Positions 40,194-49,446 are shown, numbered from the stretch's first letter. The stretch is 64,000 bases of DNA from Candidatus Krumholzibacteriia bacterium (GCA_029932915.1 JAOZPE010000003.1:64147-128146), one strand, 5' to 3'. The notes: a model not told the origin generated them from the letters alone. A program made the numbers and translations.

Positions 40194-40829
40194 ATGAAGG
40201 CCCGACCAGGGCGCGGCCGCCGCTTCCTGCTTCCGCTCATCCTGTTCCTTCTCCTGGTCCCGGTGAGCGCCCACAGCCAGAGTCGACCCATGCCCCCCAT
40301 GCCCCCACGGGTGGAGGAGGGCAACAAGAGGATCTGGGTGGTCCACGTGGAGTTCGCCTTGCCGGAGGAGATGGTCGGAGCGGCGGTCCACTACGTCCCT
40401 CCCCGGGGGTACGGCGGCTACGGCTCGCTGTGGATCGCAACCCAGCTCATCCGTGACGACGCCTGGTACTACGACGAACTCGACCCCGGGAGGGTCGAGG
40501 ATCTCCTCGGAGGCCACCTGGTATCGAAGGAGAGCCAATGGGGAGGTGGAAGGGTCGGCCTCACCCGCCGTCTCTCCCGTGAATTCTACGCCTTCGGCGG
40601 ACTCGGCCTCATGCGCTCGCACAACTACCTGCGCTACGAAGGGGTGAATCTCCCCATCGCCGGGCCGAACGGGAGCATCTGGATCGACGATCCCGACCGC
40701 GACACCCTTCGCTTCATCCTCGAGGCCGGCCTGGTCTACTACACCGAGGGAGGCATCGCCTTCCTCCTGGGGCTGGGCCTGCCCCCGGCCGGGGTTTCGA
40801 TCGGCATGGGTTTCGGCACCCGGCTCTGA
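40194..40829 (+). CDS. Secreted hypothetical protein (possible beta-barrel), partner of the upstream OMP gene
   Basis: Start reassigned to MKARPGRGRRFLLPLILFLLLVPVSAHSQ at 40194; G/Y-rich; ends ...GMGFGTRL. Confidence 0.5.
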   Translation: MKARPGRGRRFLLPLILFLLLVPVSAHSQSRPMPPMPPRVEEGNKRIWVVHVEFALPEEMVGAAVHYVPPRGYGGYGSLWIATQLIRDDAWYYDELDPGRVEDLLGGHLVSKESQWGGGRVGLTRRLSREFYAFGGLGLMRSHNYLRYEGVNLPIAGPNGSIWIDDPDRDTLRFILEAGLVYYTEGGIAFLLGLGLPPAGVSIGMGFGTRL

Positions 40830-40911
40830 CCGATCCCGCTGCCACTCCCCTTCGGATGGCTCCCCCTGGCGGGGCAAGCCCCGGTGAACGGTGGCGCAAA
40901 CGCCGGTGGAC

Positions 40912-41565
40912 TCAGCCCTGCCGCCGCGGACCCTCGTACATCCCGACCAGACGCGCCACCAGCGTGGCCATGTAGAGGACGCCGAGGGTCGCCTCCAGCA
41001 GGGCCGAGGAGCGAGCGATCGCGGTGACCGGGGTGATCTCCCCGTAACCCAGCGTGGTCAAGGTGACGAAGGAATAGTAGATGAGATCGGCGGCGTGGTC
41101 GCCCTGGCCAGTGAGTTGTCCCTGGAAGCTGCCCGGAGACAGGCTCTCGAGGGTGAGATAGAGCAGGCCCCAACTGAGACCGATGAGGAAATAGACGGAG
41201 ATGGCCCCGGCGATGCGATCGAGGGTGATGGCCCCGGGCGAGAAGACCTGACCGAGCAGGCTGAACGCCACCACCATCATGAAGAGCATCTCGGCCACGG
41301 CCACGTAGGGCAGGGCCGCGGCCGAATAGCGCTCGGCCAGGAAATAGCCCAGGAAGAGCAGTGAACCGGTCAGAACCGCGACCAGACGGACCCGCCCGTG
41401 GTGGCGGGCGGCGGACAGGGCCCCCGAGAGGAGCACCGCCAGCAACAGGACGTGCAGGACCACCTGCATCCGGTGCCCGGAAGCCAGGGGGGCGAAGGCG
41501 ATCACCGCGACGAGGGTGATCAGCAGGACGTGATTGCGGTCTCCCTTCTCTCTGTGAAGAAACAT
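40912..41565 (-). CDS. Two-TM ion channel (potassium-channel-like pore with TLGYGE filter-like motif)
   Basis: 217 aa; several TM helices; pore-helix and filter-like VTLTTLGYGEITP resembles the K+ channel TxGYG signature. Confidence 0.6.
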   Translation of the reverse strand: MFLHREKGDRNHVLLITLVAVIAFAPLASGHRMQVVLHVLLLAVLLSGALSAARHHGRVRLVAVLTGSLLFLGYFLAERYSAAALPYVAVAEMLFMMVVAFSLLGQVFSPGAITLDRIAGAISVYFLIGLSWGLLYLTLESLSPGSFQGQLTGQGDHAADLIYYSFVTLTTLGYGEITPVTAIARSSALLEATLGVLYMATLVARLVGMYEGPRRQG

Positions 41566-41670
41566 CCTTCCTCCATCAGATCGACCATCCCCCAGGCCCG
41601 TCGGGGAGGAGTCCTCCCCGACGACGGGAGCCGTCCTCCGGCCGGCAGCGCGCGCCGGTGGACGGAGGTG

Positions 41671-41708
41671 AAAAACCGAGCCCGGTGGAGCCAGGCTCCA
41701 CCGGGCCG
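41671..41708 (-). terminator. Rho-independent terminator downstream of the ferredoxin gene
   Basis: On the minus strand, a perfect 12-bp stem (GGCCCGGTGGAGCC/GGCTCCACCGGG around a 2-3 nt loop) is followed by a TTTTT run, about 40 nt after the fdxA stop codon. Confidence 0.55.
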
Positions 41709-41746
41709 GTCAAAGAAGGTTCCCGGGAAAGAACCAGCACGAGGGC

Positions 41747-42094
41747 TCAGGCCGGATCTTCGATGTCCCAACCCTTCGCCTTCTCCTCCTCGTGGATCTG
41801 CTCGAGGGTCTTGGCTCCCTCCAGGGGTCCGATGACCTCGGTGAGATTCTCTCCGGACTCGAACAGCTCGCGGTTCTTGTCCGCCCACTCGGCATATTCC
41901 TCCGGGAGGTCGTCCTCGGCCCAGATGGCCTTGATGGGACAGGCCTCGACGCAAAGGGCGCAGTCGATGCACGTGTCGGGATCGATCACCAGCATGTGTG
42001 GATCCTGGATCTCGTAGAAGCAATCGACTGGGCAATTCTCGACACAGTCGGTATAGCGGCAATCAACACAACGTGCGGTTACGACGTGAGCCAT
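41747..42094 (-). CDS. fdxA: Ferredoxin (7Fe-type: [3Fe-4S][4Fe-4S])
   Basis: Start reassigned to MAHVVTARCVDCRYTDCVENCPVDCFYE at 42094. Second cluster CIDCALCVEACP; about 115 aa. Confidence 0.8.
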   Translation of the reverse strand: MAHVVTARCVDCRYTDCVENCPVDCFYEIQDPHMLVIDPDTCIDCALCVEACPIKAIWAEDDLPEEYAEWADKNRELFESGENLTEVIGPLEGAKTLEQIHEEEKAKGWDIEDPA

Positions 42095-42295
42095 GGAACG
42101 ATCCTCCTTGGCGCGATTCGGATGTCCCCGGGAACATCCCCAGGGTAGAGTGGATGAGGCTACGCCCTCCTCCACCGTCCGTCAACCGTCGGATCGGCCG
42201 CCCTTGTCACCGGCGGCGGCGATGGGGTACAGTGCCGTCAACCCTTCGACCCCCCACTTCCATCGGCCCCCTGAGCGCCCGCGAAAGGACACCCC

Positions 42296-43090
42296 TTGCG
42301 AGCCTATCTCGACCTGCTGCAGAAGATCCTCGACGAAGGCGTGGACAAGCCCGACCGCACCGGCACGGGCACCCGCAGTCTCTTCGGCCAGCAGATGCGC
42401 TTCGACCTGGCCGAGGGCTTCCCCCTGCTGACCACCAAGAAGCTGCACGTGCGCAGCATCCTCCACGAGTTGCTCTGGTTCCTGCGGGGGGACACGAACG
42501 TGGCCTACCTGCACGAGAACGGGGTGACCATCTGGGACGAATGGGCGGACGAGAACGGCGATCTGGGCCCCATCTACGGCTACCAGTGGCGAAGCTGGCC
42601 GACGCCGGACGGCGGGCACATCGACCAGATCTCCCGCCTCGTCGACGGCCTGCGCCACAACCCCCACGGCCGCCGCCATCTGGTCTGCGCCTGGAACGTC
42701 GGCATGATCGACGAGATGGCGTTGCCGCCCTGCCACTGTCTCTTCCAATTCTACGTGGCCCGGGGCAAGCTCTCCTGCCAGCTCTACCAGCGCAGCGCGG
42801 ACATCTTCCTCGGCGTGCCCTTCAACATCGCCAGCTACGCCACCCTCCTGTTGATGATGGCCCAGGTCACCGGGCTCGAGCCGGGCGAGTTCATCCACAC
42901 CTTCGGCGACGTCCACCTCTACTCGAACCATTTCGAGCAGGCCCATACCCAACTGCAGCGGGAGCCGCGTCCGCTGCCCCGCATGGTGCTCAATCCCGAG
43001 CGCCAGGAGCTCTTCGACTTCGTCTACGAGGATTTCCACCTCGAGGACTACCACCCCCACCCCCACATCGCCGCTCCGGTGGCGGTGTAG
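42296..43090 (+). CDS. thyA: Thymidylate synthase
   Basis: 264 aa; near-identical to the ThyA consensus (RAYLDLL..., PDRTGTGT, active-site PPCH); apparent TTG start. Confidence 0.9.
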   Translation: MRAYLDLLQKILDEGVDKPDRTGTGTRSLFGQQMRFDLAEGFPLLTTKKLHVRSILHELLWFLRGDTNVAYLHENGVTIWDEWADENGDLGPIYGYQWRSWPTPDGGHIDQISRLVDGLRHNPHGRRHLVCAWNVGMIDEMALPPCHCLFQFYVARGKLSCQLYQRSADIFLGVPFNIASYATLLLMMAQVTGLEPGEFIHTFGDVHLYSNHFEQAHTQLQREPRPLPRMVLNPERQELFDFVYEDFHLEDYHPHPHIAAPVAV

Positions 43091-43096
43091 CCGCTC

Positions 43097-43624
43097 ATGA
43101 GGATCTCCATCATCGTCGCCGCGGCGGAGAACGGAATCATCGGCCGTGAGGGTGGCCTGCCCTGGCACCTGTCCGCCGACCTGCGCCGCTTCAAGAGGCT
43201 GACCATGGGTCACACCCTCCTGGTAGGGCGGCGCACCTGGGAATCGATCGGCCGTCCCCTGCCCGGCCGGAGGATGATGGTGCTCAGCCGGAGCGGGCAG
43301 CCGGGGATCGAGGGCGCGGAGGTCTTCGGCGACTTCGACGAGGCGATCGAGTCCGCCCGCCAGAGAGGCGAGAGCGAACTCTTCGTCGCCGGAGGCGGAG
43401 AGATCTACCGGCTCGCCCTGCCCTATGCCCAACGCATCTACCTCACGCGCGTCCACCTGGCCGCCGACGGTGACGTGGACTTCCCCGAGCTGGATCCCGA
43501 AGGGTGGAGCTTGACCTGGGAGGAAGAGCACCAGGAGGAAGACCCGGGATTCACCTTCCAGATCTTCGAACGCCGCAGCAACCGGCGTTCTCGCAACGAC
43601 GTAGCAGAAGGAACAGAGGAATGA
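43097..43624 (+). CDS. folA: Dihydrofolate reductase
   Basis: MRISIIVAAAENGIIGREGGLPW...LVGRRTWESIG; thyA-folA gene pair. Confidence 0.85.
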   Translation: MRISIIVAAAENGIIGREGGLPWHLSADLRRFKRLTMGHTLLVGRRTWESIGRPLPGRRMMVLSRSGQPGIEGAEVFGDFDEAIESARQRGESELFVAGGGEIYRLALPYAQRIYLTRVHLAADGDVDFPELDPEGWSLTWEEEHQEEDPGFTFQIFERRSNRRSRNDVAEGTEE

Positions 43625-43636
43625 GGAAGTGATCCC

Positions 43637-43975
43637 ATGGATCTGACCCGCCGGAAACAGGATGAAGTCGTGATCTTCGACCTTCGCGGCGAGCTGCGGG
43701 GAGGCCCTTCCGACGAGGCGGTCTTCAAGGGCGCCGTCCAGGAGGCCATCGAAGAGGGAGCGAGGAAGATCCTCCTGAACCTGGCCGAACTCAAGTGGGT
43801 CAATTCCACCGGCCTGGGATTCATCGTCGCCCTCTACCACTCGATGAAGGAATCCGGAGGAACGCTGAAGATGTGCTCACCGAACGAGCGGATCGCACAC
43901 GTCCTCCACACGACCCGTTTCGACCGGGTCATCGAGATCTTCGACGACGAGGAAGAGGCGCTGGCCAGCTTCTGA
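43637..43975 (+). CDS. STAS-domain protein (anti-sigma-factor antagonist, SpoIIAA-like)
   Basis: 112 aa; STAS fold pattern (VVIFDLRGEL...LNLAELKWVNSTGLGFIV). Confidence 0.7.
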   Translation: MDLTRRKQDEVVIFDLRGELRGGPSDEAVFKGAVQEAIEEGARKILLNLAELKWVNSTGLGFIVALYHSMKESGGTLKMCSPNERIAHVLHTTRFDRVIEIFDDEEEALASF

Positions 43976-43990
43976 CATCGATGGGAAGAA

Positions 43991-44434
43991 CTAGATTCCC
44001 AGGACGCCGGCCGCGCGCTCGTAGTCTTCGGGCCGGACGTACAGCAGGTAGCCGAAGCGTCCCACCCCATCGGTGACTCCCGATGAAGCGAAGACATTGA
44101 TCTTCGCATCGTAGAGTTTCCGGTGCACCTCACCCAACGCCCCCACTTCATCCTCGCCTTGGACCAGGAAAGCGCGCTGAGGCTCGGACAGACTCAGGCC
44201 CAGCTTGGGAGCAGTGCGAAGCAGGCGATCGTTGTCCACCGGGAACAGCGTCAACTGGGCCCGGCTGGGACCCACCGGGATCGCGCTGAACGCAAGCAAC
44301 TGCACACCCGCATTGGCCATGGCCTGAAGGAGTTGATAGGTGGCACCGGGGCGATCCTCTGTGCTCGCGTAGTAATATTCCACCCGCGAGATCTTCACGG
44401 ACATGAGAGGCCTCCTCCCCTGGGGGATGTTCAC
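43991..44434 (-). CDS. Hypothetical small protein (possible ACT-like regulatory domain)
   Basis: Up to 147 aa; likely start MSVKISRVEYYY near 44404; weak similarity pattern only. Confidence 0.4.
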   Translation of the reverse strand: MNIPQGRRPLMSVKISRVEYYYASTEDRPGATYQLLQAMANAGVQLLAFSAIPVGPSRAQLTLFPVDNDRLLRTAPKLGLSLSEPQRAFLVQGEDEVGALGEVHRKLYDAKINVFASSGVTDGVGRFGYLLYVRPEDYERAAGVLGI

Positions 44435-44527
44435 CCCGATTCAAGACGGGCCCGGCGGGAAGGTCAAGGGGAGATGACCGTTCACAAGATGTAAACGAGC
44501 CATCTCCCCTCGGAGGCGCATGCCCGA

Positions 44528-45988
44528 TCAGGGACGGCCGTCCGGTGTCCCCGTCTGCGGAGGAACCTCGCGTCTCAGCGATTCCTTGTTGAGCACCTTG
44601 AATTCGACGCGGCGGTTGCGGCGGCGGCCTTCGGCGGTGTCGTTGCCCGCGATGGGTTGGCTCTCTCCGTAGCCGCGGATGACGTATTGATCGGGACGGA
44701 TCTGGGGGAAGTGCTCGAGCAGCCAGTCGAAGACCGCGCGGGCCCGGGCCTCGCTCAACTTCTGGTTGAACTCGGCCGCTCCTTGGCTGTCGGTGTGACC
44801 GCCGATCTCGATGCGCAGACTGGGCCACTTCACGAGGATCTCGCCGACTTCCCGCAGGGCCGGATACGACTCGGGCGAGATCTGGGCCCGACCGCTCGCG
44901 AAGTTGACGTCGTCCAGACGCAACAGGCCGATGTCGAGCAGTTCGATCTCCCGCGCCGACTGGGGAACCGGGCATCCCCGTTCGTCGACCGCCACCTTCG
45001 GCGGGGTCCCCGGACAGCGGTCGATGCGGTCGGGTACGCCGTCGTCGTCCGAGTCGACCTCACAACCCCATTCGTCCACCGCTTCGCCCTCGGGCGTGTC
45101 CGGACAGCGGTCGATCTCGTCGGCCACGCCGTCGTGGTCGCTGTCCAGCGGGCAGCCATACGCATCGACACTGACTCCGGCCGCAGTGTCCGGGCAGCGG
45201 TCGATGCCGTCGTTGACCCCGTCGTGGTCGCTGTCGGCAGGACAGCCCCTGCTGTCCACCTTCGACCCCACCGGCGTGTCGGGGCACTCGTCGAGACCGT
45301 CGAAGACGCCGTCGTTGTCGCTGTCGGTGGGACAACCGTAGCTGTCCACCGATGCTCCGCGCGGGGTGTCCGGGCACTTGTCCTGGCGGTCGGAGACTCC
45401 GTCCTCGTCGCCATCGCGGGCATTGCCGCCCACCGCCAGTTCCAGACCGGCGGTGAGGATCCAGTTGGTGGGGAAGTTGTCATCGCCGGGGCCGGCGTTC
45501 TTCCACTCCACCACCGTCCGCCGGACGTCCAGGCGGAGGTCGACCCGCCGGCCCTCGGCCTGGAGCAACGCGATCTTGAGACCGAGGCCCGCCTCCCAGC
45601 CGTTCCAGCTCTCCCATCCCCCCGTCGAGCGTACCACGTGTTCGCGGGTCAGACCCGCGGTGAGGTAGGGATTGAAGCGGTTGAAGGGCAGGAAATCGTA
45701 GATCAGGTTGGCGCTGAGGTGGTTCATCCGGAGCGCCTGGCCATCGAAGTCGTTGGTCGGATGGATCTCGACGGTACCCTCCAGTCCGAAGTTCGACCAC
45801 GGCATCAGGGCGAGACGCCCGCCGTAGATGAGGTCGTTCTCCATGGGACGGCCGCCGGTCCAGATGACGCCTCCCCCCTGCAAGGAGAATCCCAGGTGGG
45901 GACCCTCCACTCCGTTGGCCGAGACCGGAGAGGTCCAGGCGACGACGATCACCAGGATGACGATGAGTACCCCTCGTTTGCTGTCCAT
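44528..45988 (-). CDS. OmpA-family outer-membrane protein: N-terminal beta-barrel, four thrombospondin type-3 (TSP3) calcium-binding repeats, C-terminal OmpA peptidoglycan-binding domain
   Basis: 486 aa; signal peptide MDSKRGVLIVILVIVVAWTSPVSA; repeated DxDxDGVxDxxDxCPDTP units; OmpA_C motifs (FASGRAQISPESYPAL..., TDSQGAAEFNQKLSEARARAV, RRVEF). Confidence 0.8.
   Translation of the reverse strand: MDSKRGVLIVILVIVVAWTSPVSANGVEGPHLGFSLQGGGVIWTGGRPMENDLIYGGRLALMPWSNFGLEGTVEIHPTNDFDGQALRMNHLSANLIYDFLPFNRFNPYLTAGLTREHVVRSTGGWESWNGWEAGLGLKIALLQAEGRRVDLRLDVRRTVVEWKNAGPGDDNFPTNWILTAGLELAVGGNARDGDEDGVSDRQDKCPDTPRGASVDSYGCPTDSDNDGVFDGLDECPDTPVGSKVDSRGCPADSDHDGVNDGIDRCPDTAAGVSVDAYGCPLDSDHDGVADEIDRCPDTPEGEAVDEWGCEVDSDDDGVPDRIDRCPGTPPKVAVDERGCPVPQSAREIELLDIGLLRLDDVNFASGRAQISPESYPALREVGEILVKWPSLRIEIGGHTDSQGAAEFNQKLSEARARAVFDWLLEHFPQIRPDQYVIRGYGESQPIAGNDTAEGRRRNRRVEFKVLNKESLRREVPPQTGTPDGRP
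44970..45412 (-). repeat. Tandem imperfect ~108-bp coding repeats (four TSP3 units) inside the OmpA-family gene
   Basis: Protein repeats VDSYGCPTDSDNDGVFDGLDECPDTP / VDSRGCPADSDHDGVNDGIDRCPDTA / VDAYGCPLDSDHDGVADEIDRCPDTP / VDEWGCEVDSDDDGVPDRIDRCPGTP; the DNA shows recurring gtcgtc...gtccgggcagcggtcgat segments. Confidence 0.6.
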
Positions 45989-46266
45989 GATCCCTCCAGG
46001 GATGAAGCGCCCAACTACGCCGTCGAGAATGCAGAGACCAGGAGGTGATGGCGCGAAAGTGACGTGACTTCCCGTACTTTGGCGGCATTCAGGCCAGGGT
46101 CAAGTGAAAAAGCGGTGAATGGAGAGGCCATGGAACTTCTTTCATGCCAAAGACTTGCCAAGGGCTTCAGCCTTGACAGCAGAGCCGCCGAAGTGCTTGA
46201 ATCGAAGCCTCGCAGTTCCGTATGGAATCCAGACACGTTCTCTCGCCTCTGGAGGAGGTTCTCTTG

Positions 46267-47376
46267 ATGCTTAGGAATCGACGAGGCCTGGGCGGAATCC
46301 TCGCTGTTCTGCTCGTGGTCTCACTCTTCTGGGTCGGTTGTTCCAGCGACACGGTCACCGGCCCCCAGGCTCCCAACAGCGGCGACCCGGTGCTCGTGTA
46401 CGGTCGCGGCAACCCTGCCGTCCAGGCCGCCATGGACATCCAGCTCCGCAACACGCCGGTGCTCATGGCCATCGACCGCGTGGTGGGAACCGCCACCGGT
46501 CTGGACGACAAGGGCGCCCCGGTGATCCTCGTGCTCTCCGAGTCGGCTCTGCCCTCGGGAACGCTTCCCTCTCGCATCGACGGCCTGAAGGTGCGGGAGA
46601 TGGTGGTCGGCCGCATCGTGGCCATGAAGGGTCGGCCGAGCAAGATCGACCACAAGGCCCTGCAGGATCCTCCCATCCAGCTGGGCACCTCCGGCGGTTG
46701 GGGCTATGACCTGGCCAACGGCTACTGCTGCGGCGGCACATTGGGCTCGCTGATCCAGATCGGCAGCAAGCAGTACGTGCTCTCGAATTACCACGTGCTC
46801 GAGTCCGATATCGTCAGCGGCGGCAACAATCGCGTGGCCAGCAACGGCGATCCGGTCATCCAGCCCGGGCTCATCGACGTCAGCTGCAACGCGGCGTCGG
46901 CCCAGGAAGTGGCCACTCTCGTGCTCAAGCACTCGCTGCCCGACCACAACGTCGATTGCGCCGTGGGCGAGGTCATCTCGGGCATGGTCCGCAGCGACGG
47001 AGCCATCCTGGAGATCGGCACTCTCAGCGCCCAGACCGTGGATGCGTATGTGAAGCAGGATGTGAAGAAGAGTGGCCGTACCTCTGGCTTGACTCGTTCT
47101 TCGGTGACCGGCCTCAACGCAACCGTCAGCGTGAGCTACGAAAACGAGTGCGCCGGCAGTACCGCTTTCACCAAGACCTTCACTGGCCAGATCCTCGTCA
47201 AGAACAAGGGGTCTCGTTTCCTCAACAGCGGCGACAGCGGTTCGTTGCTGGTCGAGGACGTCGACACCAACCCGCGCGCGGTGGGCCTGCTCTTCGCCGG
47301 CAGCTCCTCCATCGCCGTGGCCAACCCCATCGACGAGGTGTTGGGCTTCCTGAACGCCTCGATGGTGGGCAACTGA
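46267..47376 (+). CDS. Putative S1-family (chymotrypsin/alpha-lytic-like) serine protease lipoprotein
   Basis: Start reassigned to MLRNRRGLGGILAVLLVVSLFWVGCSSD (lipobox) at 46267. GDSGSLLV resembles the catalytic GDSGGP; His candidate in LSNYHVLE; about 370 aa. Confidence 0.55.
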   Translation: MLRNRRGLGGILAVLLVVSLFWVGCSSDTVTGPQAPNSGDPVLVYGRGNPAVQAAMDIQLRNTPVLMAIDRVVGTATGLDDKGAPVILVLSESALPSGTLPSRIDGLKVREMVVGRIVAMKGRPSKIDHKALQDPPIQLGTSGGWGYDLANGYCCGGTLGSLIQIGSKQYVLSNYHVLESDIVSGGNNRVASNGDPVIQPGLIDVSCNAASAQEVATLVLKHSLPDHNVDCAVGEVISGMVRSDGAILEIGTLSAQTVDAYVKQDVKKSGRTSGLTRSSVTGLNATVSVSYENECAGSTAFTKTFTGQILVKNKGSRFLNSGDSGSLLVEDVDTNPRAVGLLFAGSSSIAVANPIDEVLGFLNASMVGN

Positions 47377-47527
47377 TCCCAAATCAACGGGGTCCCGGGC
47401 CCTGGTCCGGGACTGTCGACACGAACGCCCGCTCCCGCCGGAGCGGGCGTTCTGCTATGCTGGCCCAGGGCCGGCACGGCGGACGGCGACGAGTCCGCCG
47501 GCTTCCTCTCGACCGGGAGGTTCCCAG

Positions 47528-47884
47528 ATGGTGAAACCGTACCGCCCGTTCCCTCTCATCGTTCTCATCGTCTCGTGTGTCGCGGCCCTGAGCGCCTGCC
47601 AACGACAGGCGGTCCCGGAGAGCTCCCCCCCAGCCCAGGAGCAGAGAATGGCTCCCACCCGACCCATCGACGAGGTCCTCGCCGACCACGACGAGGAGAT
47701 CCTGGCCATCCCCGGCGTCACCGTGATCTACGTGGGCGTCGACGAGCAGGGGAAGCCCTGCCTGAAAGTGGGAGTGGAGACGGCCACTCCCGAAATCGAA
47801 GAGCGCATTCCCCGGATGATCGAAGGGTGGCCGGTGGTGGTGGAGGAAACGGGCAGGATCGAACCCATGGGCGAAGGCGGCTAG
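47528..47884 (+). CDS. Small hypothetical lipoprotein
   Basis: 118 aa; lipobox LSACQRQ; RBS gggaggttcc. Confidence 0.5.
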   Translation: MVKPYRPFPLIVLIVSCVAALSACQRQAVPESSPPAQEQRMAPTRPIDEVLADHDEEILAIPGVTVIYVGVDEQGKPCLKVGVETATPEIEERIPRMIEGWPVVVEETGRIEPMGEGG

Positions 47885-49446
47885 CGCAGCGCCGGATCGT
47901 CTCCGAAGGTCTCCCGGAGCTGGACCCGTGCCTGGCGGTTCACCGCATCGGACCACAGCTCGATGCGGTTGCGATCGTCGGTGAGCACTTCGGCCCGGGC
48001 CAGGGCGGCCGGATCGAAACGGTTGTCCCAGCCGTGGTTCATCTGGATGACCCGCCAGTGTTCGTAGTCGTCGTAGAGAACGTCGATGGGACGGGGCAGG
48101 CGCTCTTCATCGAAGTGGAGGGCGGGATCGACACCCGCCACCAGGACCACGTTCCCCAGCACGTTGCGTGGTTCCTGGGTGGGAAGCGCCCACACCACCG
48201 GGAAGTCCTGCCGCAGGGTCTTGCCGATCGACGCCACCACCGGGTCGTACCACTGCCGGGCCTCCACGTTCATCGCCAGGACACCGTTCGGGAGCAGGTG
48301 TTCTCTCACCAGGGCGAAGAACTCCTCGGTCACCAGGTGAAAGGGGATGGACGAGGAGCCGAAGGCATCGACGAGGATGAGATCCCAGCGTTTGGGAGTC
48401 TCCAGGAGGAAGCGGCGGGCGTCACCGAGGTGGACCCGCGCCTGGGCCGGCTTGAGGTCGAAGAAACGGCGGGCCACATCGACCACCATCGGATCGATCT
48501 CCACCGCATCGACCTCCCATCCGGCCAGATGGTAGTCCACCGCCACGACCCCTCCCCCGAGGCCGAGCAAGAGCATTCGGCCTGGCTCATCGAAAAGGTA
48601 TTCGAGCGACTCGAAGACCGGCACGTATCGATGATGGCTCTCCCCCTGCCCGAAGCCTTCGACGGTGTGCACCCCGCCGTCGAGCAGGAGGTAGCGGCCG
48701 TCCTCGTGTTGCAGCACCCTCACTTCCGAATAAGGAGAATCACACTTGAAGAGAAGGCTGCGAGGCGGTACCTCGGCCCGGACGACTCCATAGCCGGCGG
48801 CGGCGGCCATCAGGAAGAAGAGCAACGCGGCCGACGACGCTACACGGCGGTTCTCAGAGCCTGTCCGCCGCACACCCCAGAAGGCCAGCGCCGAGCCGAC
48901 AAGCAGGACAACCCCCACGAAGAGGGTGAGACGCAGGACACCCAGCGAGGGAAGCAACCAGAAACCAGTGGCCAATGCAGCAACCACGCTTGCGATGGTC
49001 GATGCGGCGTAGAGATTGCCCGCATCGCGCCCCACGTGATCGACCGAGGTGGCCTTCAGGCGCAGAGCATAGGGGGTGATCATGCCCAGCAAGGTCAGCG
49101 GAACGGCGAAGAGCACGACAGCAGAGACGAGGACCGCGGACCGCAGACCCATTCCCCCGATGAGCTGCAACAGGGGATGCTTGATCCAGGGGATGATCAG
49201 CACCCACAGGCCGGCAGCAGCGAAGAGAGCTCCCAGCCGTGACAGAAGCGGCCTGCGATCCGCCCAACGCCCACCCAGGGCGTACCCGGCGGCCAGCGAA
49301 GCCAGGGTGACGGTGATCAGAGCCGACCACAGGTAGAGCGAAACCCCGAAGAAAGGGCCGAGCAGGCGGGTTCCGAGGATCTCCAAGGCCAGGACCGCCG
49401 CGCCGGAGATCGAGACCAGGACGTAGAGAAGGATCAGAAGGTTCAT
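47881..49446 (-). CDS. Spermidine-synthase-like aminopropyltransferase fused to an N-terminal multi-TM membrane domain
   Basis: 521 aa; about 7 N-terminal TM helices; C-terminal SpeE-like domain (RMLLLGLGGGVVAV...VDAVEIDP...DLILVDAF). Confidence 0.75.
   Translation of the reverse strand: MNLLILLYVLVSISGAAVLALEILGTRLLGPFFGVSLYLWSALITVTLASLAAGYALGGRWADRRPLLSRLGALFAAAGLWVLIIPWIKHPLLQLIGGMGLRSAVLVSAVVLFAVPLTLLGMITPYALRLKATSVDHVGRDAGNLYAASTIASVVAALATGFWLLPSLGVLRLTLFVGVVLLVGSALAFWGVRRTGSENRRVASSAALLFFLMAAAAGYGVVRAEVPPRSLLFKCDSPYSEVRVLQHEDGRYLLLDGGVHTVEGFGQGESHHRYVPVFESLEYLFDEPGRMLLLGLGGGVVAVDYHLAGWEVDAVEIDPMVVDVARRFFDLKPAQARVHLGDARRFLLETPKRWDLILVDAFGSSSIPFHLVTEEFFALVREHLLPNGVLAMNVEARQWYDPVVASIGKTLRQDFPVVWALPTQEPRNVLGNVVLVAGVDPALHFDEERLPRPIDVLYDDYEHWRVIQMNHGWDNRFDPAALARAEVLTDDRNRIELWSDAVNRQARVQLRETFGDDPALR

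Noticed and set aside
42182-43840. 552-aa ORF on the minus strand
   Set aside because: Antisense to thyA and folA, whose products match their families almost residue by residue. GC-driven artefact.
46064-46267. 67-aa ORF inside the low-GC intergenic region upstream of the protease gene
   Set aside because: No RBS, no similarity pattern, ends exactly at the next gene start. More likely untranslated leader or regulatory DNA, though I could not fully exclude a small protein.
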